This document shows, piece after piece, positions 37,351 to 41,297 of a stretch of DNA of 41,297 nt. Each line of letters starts with the position of its first letter. Within the stretch, counting starts at the first letter, position 1. The position numbers and the translations under genes were made by a program. The notes beneath the pieces are model-generated. The model had not been told where the DNA came from and searched no databases. It was given only the letters and a program-made list of their open reading frames with translations. This DNA is from Sulfurimonadaceae bacterium. GTDB lineage: Bacteria; Campylobacterota; Campylobacteria; Campylobacterales; Sulfurimonadaceae. The DNA is taken from contig JBFFUI010000016.1 in assembly GCA_041571435.1 (NCBI GenBank), positions 1-41,297 of the forward strand, read 5' to 3'.

Positions 37351-38721
37351 ATGAAAATGAAAAAAATAGTTGGTCTAGGTTTAGCATCGATTACGGCTAT
37401 GACTGCGCTACAGGCTGCTGAGAATTTGAGCAGTATGTTCAGTGAAGGTCAGGCAAGTGGTCAGATCCGTGAATTTAGTATCTCCAGAAGTGTTGAAGAC
37501 ACACGCTCTTCGAAAAGCGACTATACACGTAAAGCAAACGCCATCGGCGGACACTTGAAATATGAAACTGCGGATTTCAAAGGTCTGTCGTTCGGTACGG
37601 CATTCTATACAACTAACGGGTTTGCACTTGATGACCCGCGAGACGACTATACGAAAGTCGATCCCACACTGTTAGGTCCGGATAACAAAAGTTATTCGAT
37701 CCTCGGTGAGGCCTATCTTCAGTACAAACTAGGAAACACCGCTTTCAAAGGGGGGCGCCAAAAGCTTAACACGCCGATGGCCGGTGCGGATGATGCACGA
37801 ATGCTTCCTAACCTCTTCGAAGCGTACGTTCTGAGCAACACGGATATCCCGGACACCACCCTGGTCGTCGGGCATGTGACGCGTTTTGCCCAGGGGACGT
37901 TTGGGCGTGTATATAACGGCGGTATATTGTCGGCGACTTCGGGTTACTCTGCCGTAGACTCACGCGACCAAGTGGGCGTCTTTAAAAACATGGGAGGCTA
38001 TGCAGTCGGTGAAAACACGGCGGGTATCTCTGTAGCGTCTGCGACCTATACCGGTCTGAAAGATCTCAAAGTCCAGCTTTGGGACTACTACGCACACGAC
38101 ATTTTGAACGCGGTCTATGCGGATGTCAGCTATGGTCTTGAACTGGGAGCAATCAAACCGTTCGTAGCGGCACAAATGATCAAAGAGAACAGTGCCGGCG
38201 ACAAATTGCTGGGCAATTTAGGCGGTGATGGTGAGATCGACTCACTATACTGGGGTGCAAAAGCGGGCCTGAAAGTTGAAAACTTTACCGCCTATCTTGC
38301 CTACTCTCAAACAGGCTCTAATGCAGCCGGTGACGCTGTTTATGCCAATGCGATCATTACGCCATGGGGCGGTATGCCGGCCTATACGCAGGGGATGGTG
38401 ACACGTCACATGTTCCTGGCCGGTACAAAAGCCTCAAAAGCGGCCGCTGCATACAACTGGAAAACATTTGGCCCGGACCTGAACACAGTACTTTACTATG
38501 TTAACTTTGATATGGCAGAGAACAACGGCTATACAGAGAACGATGCAGGTGAAGCCGGCTTTGACATTATCTATAATACAGGGTTTGTTAAAAACCTGCA
38601 GCTTCGTCTTCGCGGGAACTTCACTTCTGACTTCTATGTGAAAGAGACGGATGCCGATGTTACGCTCAATGGTGCCGTCAGTTGGGACGAATACCGTTTT
38701 ATTGTGAACTATAACTTTTAA
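37351..38721 (+). CDS. OprD-family outer-membrane porin
   Basis: Signal peptide; ILGEAYLQY, GRQKLNTP, DARMLPNLFEA; ends EYRFIVNYNF. Start 37351 or 37357. Confidence 0.88.
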   Translation: MKMKKIVGLGLASITAMTALQAAENLSSMFSEGQASGQIREFSISRSVEDTRSSKSDYTRKANAIGGHLKYETADFKGLSFGTAFYTTNGFALDDPRDDYTKVDPTLLGPDNKSYSILGEAYLQYKLGNTAFKGGRQKLNTPMAGADDARMLPNLFEAYVLSNTDIPDTTLVVGHVTRFAQGTFGRVYNGGILSATSGYSAVDSRDQVGVFKNMGGYAVGENTAGISVASATYTGLKDLKVQLWDYYAHDILNAVYADVSYGLELGAIKPFVAAQMIKENSAGDKLLGNLGGDGEIDSLYWGAKAGLKVENFTAYLAYSQTGSNAAGDAVYANAIITPWGGMPAYTQGMVTRHMFLAGTKASKAAAAYNWKTFGPDLNTVLYYVNFDMAENNGYTENDAGEAGFDIIYNTGFVKNLQLRLRGNFTSDFYVKETDADVTLNGAVSWDEYRFIVNYNF

Positions 38722-38816
38722 TTAGTTGCATTTTAAAGGGCAGATATTTTTTGTCCAAACGTGTTAAGCTAAGGCAGATACAATCGCCTTAGTCAATTTT
38801 AAACAAGGAGTTCTTA

Positions 38817-39134
38817 ATGAACAAAGAACAAGTTGAAGCGATCAAAAATGATCCAAATTTTCAAGAGTTGGTGTCCAAACGCTCAAAGTTTGCATGGACG
38901 TTGACAGTGGCAATGCTGGTCGTCTACTTCGCATTTATTTTGACCATCGCATTTGACCCAAGTGTTCTGGGTACACCGTTAAGTGATGATACGGTTACAA
39001 CAGTCGGTATCCCTGTCGGGATCGCTATTATTGTCTTTGCATTCGCATTGACCGGAATCTATGTTAGACGTGCTAACAGCGAGTTCGATGATCTTACGAA
39101 AAAGATCAAAGATAATGTCAAGGAGACGATGTAA
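38817..39134 (+). CDS. DUF485 (YjcH-like) inner-membrane protein
   Basis: FQELVSKR, two TMs, [15 protein letters not shown]-coupled to actP. Confidence 0.9.
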   Translation: MNKEQVEAIKNDPNFQELVSKRSKFAWTLTVAMLVVYFAFILTIAFDPSVLGTPLSDDTVTTVGIPVGIAIIVFAFALTGIYVRRANSEFDDLTKKIKDNVKETM

Positions 39135-40801
39135 TGATAGCGCGTATATTTATTTTTCTAGGTCTTTCAGCGGCCATGTTATTTGCCTCAGGTGCATTGG
39201 AGGGAGAAGTTGAAAAACAGGCGCTCAATATGTCTGCGATCGTGATGTTTCTTCTTTTCGTAGGGGGTACACTGGGTATCACTTACTGGGCGGCAAAACG
39301 TACTAAAACAGCAAAAGATTTCTATACGGCCGGCGGCGGTATTACCGGTTTTCAAAACGGTATGGCGATTGCGGGCGACTATATGTCTGCGGCGTCATTC
39401 CTGGGTATTTCAGGTCTGGTCTACCTAAAAGGGTATGATGGTCTTATCTACTCTATCGGTTTCCTTGTCGGCTGGCCGATCATCCTGTTTCTTGTTGCTG
39501 AGCAGCTTCGTAACCTCGGTAAATACACCTTTGCGGACGTTGCGTCATACCGTCTTCGCCAGACGCCGATCCGTTCTCTGGCGGCGTCAGGTTCGATTGC
39601 TACGGTTATCCTCTATCTGATCGCACAGATGGTCGGTTCGGGCAAGCTTATCCAGCTTCTATTCGGTCTTCAGTATGAGGTCGCGGTTGTCCTTGTCGGT
39701 GTTCTAATGATCCTTTACGTCACCTTCGGTGGAATGCTCGCAACGACATGGGTACAGATCATTAAAGCCTTCCTGCTGCTTTCGGGTGCGACCTTTATGG
39801 CGATCGCTGTGATGGCACACTACGACTTCAGCTTCGGATCACTCTTTGCGACAGCGACAGAGATGAAAGGCATCGAGATCATGAGCCCGGGTGGACTGGT
39901 CAGTGATCCGGTATCGGCGATCTCACTTGCGATCGCATTGATGTTCGGTACGGCGGGTCTTCCGCATATCCTGATGCGTTTCTTTACGGTCGGTGATGCG
40001 AAAGAGGCGCGCAAGTCGGTTTTCTACGCAACAGGTTTCATCGGGTACTTCTATATCCTGACCTTCATCATCGGTTTCGGTGCGATCGTTATGGTCTTTA
40101 AAAACCCGGAATACCTTGACCTTGCAAAGCAGGCAGTAGAAGGCGGTTCACCGATCCTTGGCGGTAACAACATGGCAGCGATCCACCTGTCACATGCCGT
40201 GGGCGGCGACTTCTTCCTCGGCTTTATCTCGGCAGTAGCATTCGCGACGATCCTTGCGGTCGTTTCGGGTCTTACGTTGGCAGGTGCTTCTGCAATCTCG
40301 CACGACCTTTACGCTTCGGTGATCAAAAAAGGCAAAGCGGACGGTATGGCAGAGATGAAAGTCTCCAAGATGGCGACGGTTGCTCTTGGAATCGTTGCGA
40401 TCATTATGGGTATCGCATTCGAGAAACAGAACATCGCGTTCGTGGTCGGTCTTGCCTTTGCTATTGCAGCGTCGGCAAACTTCCCGATCCTGTTCCTCTC
40501 TATGTTCTGGAGAAAATTGACGACGCGCGGTGCGGTTATCGGCGGTTCGTTGGGGCTTGCCACGGCAGTCATGCTGGTTATACTCGGCCCGATCGTCTGG
40601 GTGCAGATCTTTGGTAATGCCGAAGCGATCTTCCCGTATAAATATCCGGCGCTCTTCTCGGTGGCGGTCTCGTTCATCGGTATCTGGTTCTTCTCAATCA
40701 CCGACAAATCAGATGGTGCGGCGAAAGAGCAAGAAGCGTTCGAAGCGCAGTATATCCGTGCTCAAACGGGTATCGGGGCAGAAGGCGCAGTTGACCACTA
40801 G
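39134..40801 (+). CDS. actP: Cation/acetate symporter (SSS family)
   Basis: [46 protein letters not shown], ends GAVDH. Confidence 0.95.
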   Translation: MIARIFIFLGLSAAMLFASGALEGEVEKQALNMSAIVMFLLFVGGTLGITYWAAKRTKTAKDFYTAGGGITGFQNGMAIAGDYMSAASFLGISGLVYLKGYDGLIYSIGFLVGWPIILFLVAEQLRNLGKYTFADVASYRLRQTPIRSLAASGSIATVILYLIAQMVGSGKLIQLLFGLQYEVAVVLVGVLMILYVTFGGMLATTWVQIIKAFLLLSGATFMAIAVMAHYDFSFGSLFATATEMKGIEIMSPGGLVSDPVSAISLAIALMFGTAGLPHILMRFFTVGDAKEARKSVFYATGFIGYFYILTFIIGFGAIVMVFKNPEYLDLAKQAVEGGSPILGGNNMAAIHLSHAVGGDFFLGFISAVAFATILAVVSGLTLAGASAISHDLYASVIKKGKADGMAEMKVSKMATVALGIVAIIMGIAFEKQNIAFVVGLAFAIAASANFPILFLSMFWRKLTTRGAVIGGSLGLATAVMLVILGPIVWVQIFGNAEAIFPYKYPALFSVAVSFIGIWFFSITDKSDGAAKEQEAFEAQYIRAQTGIGAEGAVDH

Positions 40802-40818
40802 TGCCTTTTTGAGGGAAG

Positions 40819-40874
40819 TCCGGTGTTGCTGCACCGGAGCTGTTTTGCAAAAGAGCATTTACTGCTCTTTTGCA
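40819..40874 (+). terminator. Two tandem stem-loops after actP
   Basis: TCCGGTG-N6-CACCGGA (40819-40838) and TGCAAAAGAGCA-N5-TGCTCTTTTGCA (40846-40874). Confidence 0.5.
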
Positions 40875-40907
40875 GTAAAATAGATTGTAATTAAAGAGGG
40901 AGACGTT

Positions 40908-41297
40908 TTGAGTAAGTATGATCAACAGCAACTTCTGGCATCGATACACCCGTTCGATCTGCTTGACAGTCGTGTTATTGCTCATCTCAGCACGCAGATG
41001 GATATCGCCTATTATCCGAAAGAGACAACGTTGATCTCCCCTACGCTTGGCAGCGATTCGCTCTATATCATCATCAAAGGCAATGTCCACGAGTATATCG
41101 ACGATGAACTCCACAATGTCTACGGTGAGATGGACAGTTTCGATGCCAACACCCTTATCTACAACGACACAAAATCCAGGTTTGTAGTTCAAGAAGACCT
41201 TATCTGCTACTTGCTGAGCAAAGAGGTTTTCTTAAATCTCATACAGGACTATCCGCCGTTTCAGAACTACTATATGCAGGATTTTATCGCCAAACAC
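40908..41297 (+). CDS. cNMP-binding-domain protein, probably of the cNMP-CBS-DUF294 nucleotidyltransferase-like family; 3' end runs off the window
   Basis: Not in the ORF track. TTG start with RBS GAGGGAG: MSKYDQQQLLASIHPFDLL...IAYYPKE...LYIIIKGNV...DSFD...EDLICYLLSKEVF. This family is the usual neighbour of actP; only the N-terminal domain is visible. Confidence 0.75.
   Translation, partial: MSKYDQQQLLASIHPFDLLDSRVIAHLSTQMDIAYYPKETTLISPTLGSDSLYIIIKGNVHEYIDDELHNVYGEMDSFDANTLIYNDTKSRFVVQEDLICYLLSKEVFLNLIQDYPPFQNYYMQDFIAKH

Noticed and set aside
1-41297. CRISPR arrays, IS elements, prophage or defence genes, poly-G phase-variation tracts
   Set aside because: None recognised on reading the sequence or the translations.

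Overview
This is a mostly core-genome window from a Campylobacterota bacterium of the Sulfurimonas/Sulfurovum type; the taxonomy is inferred from gene content and order. Housekeeping genes include purH, tRNA-Pro, cbpA-hspR with a HAIR operator, a desulforubrerythrin, murA, rsmD, carB, fabZ-lpxA-clpX-mreB-mreC, queH and a cyclophilin. Four accessory modules sit among them. (1) A His-rich outer-membrane metal-uptake gene, absent from the ORF track, lies behind a DUF2946-like CxxC...RAPP leader peptide. (2) A two-component system lies next to two divergent uncharacterised lipoproteins (one with tandem DUF302-like Cys domains) and a YgaP-like protein, with a striking repeat-rich operator. (3) A compact three-gene, translationally coupled candidate exopolysaccharide system lies between mreC and carB: an SDR nucleotide-sugar enzyme, an atypical processive GT2, and a single TPR-CE4 deacetylase-TPR-beta-barrel fusion protein. 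This is the best candidate for an undescribed system. (4) A two-component system, OprD porin, DUF485, ActP and a partial cNMP-domain gene form an acetate-uptake module. No CRISPR array, transposase, integrase or phage gene was seen. All family calls are from motif recognition by eye; no searches were run.
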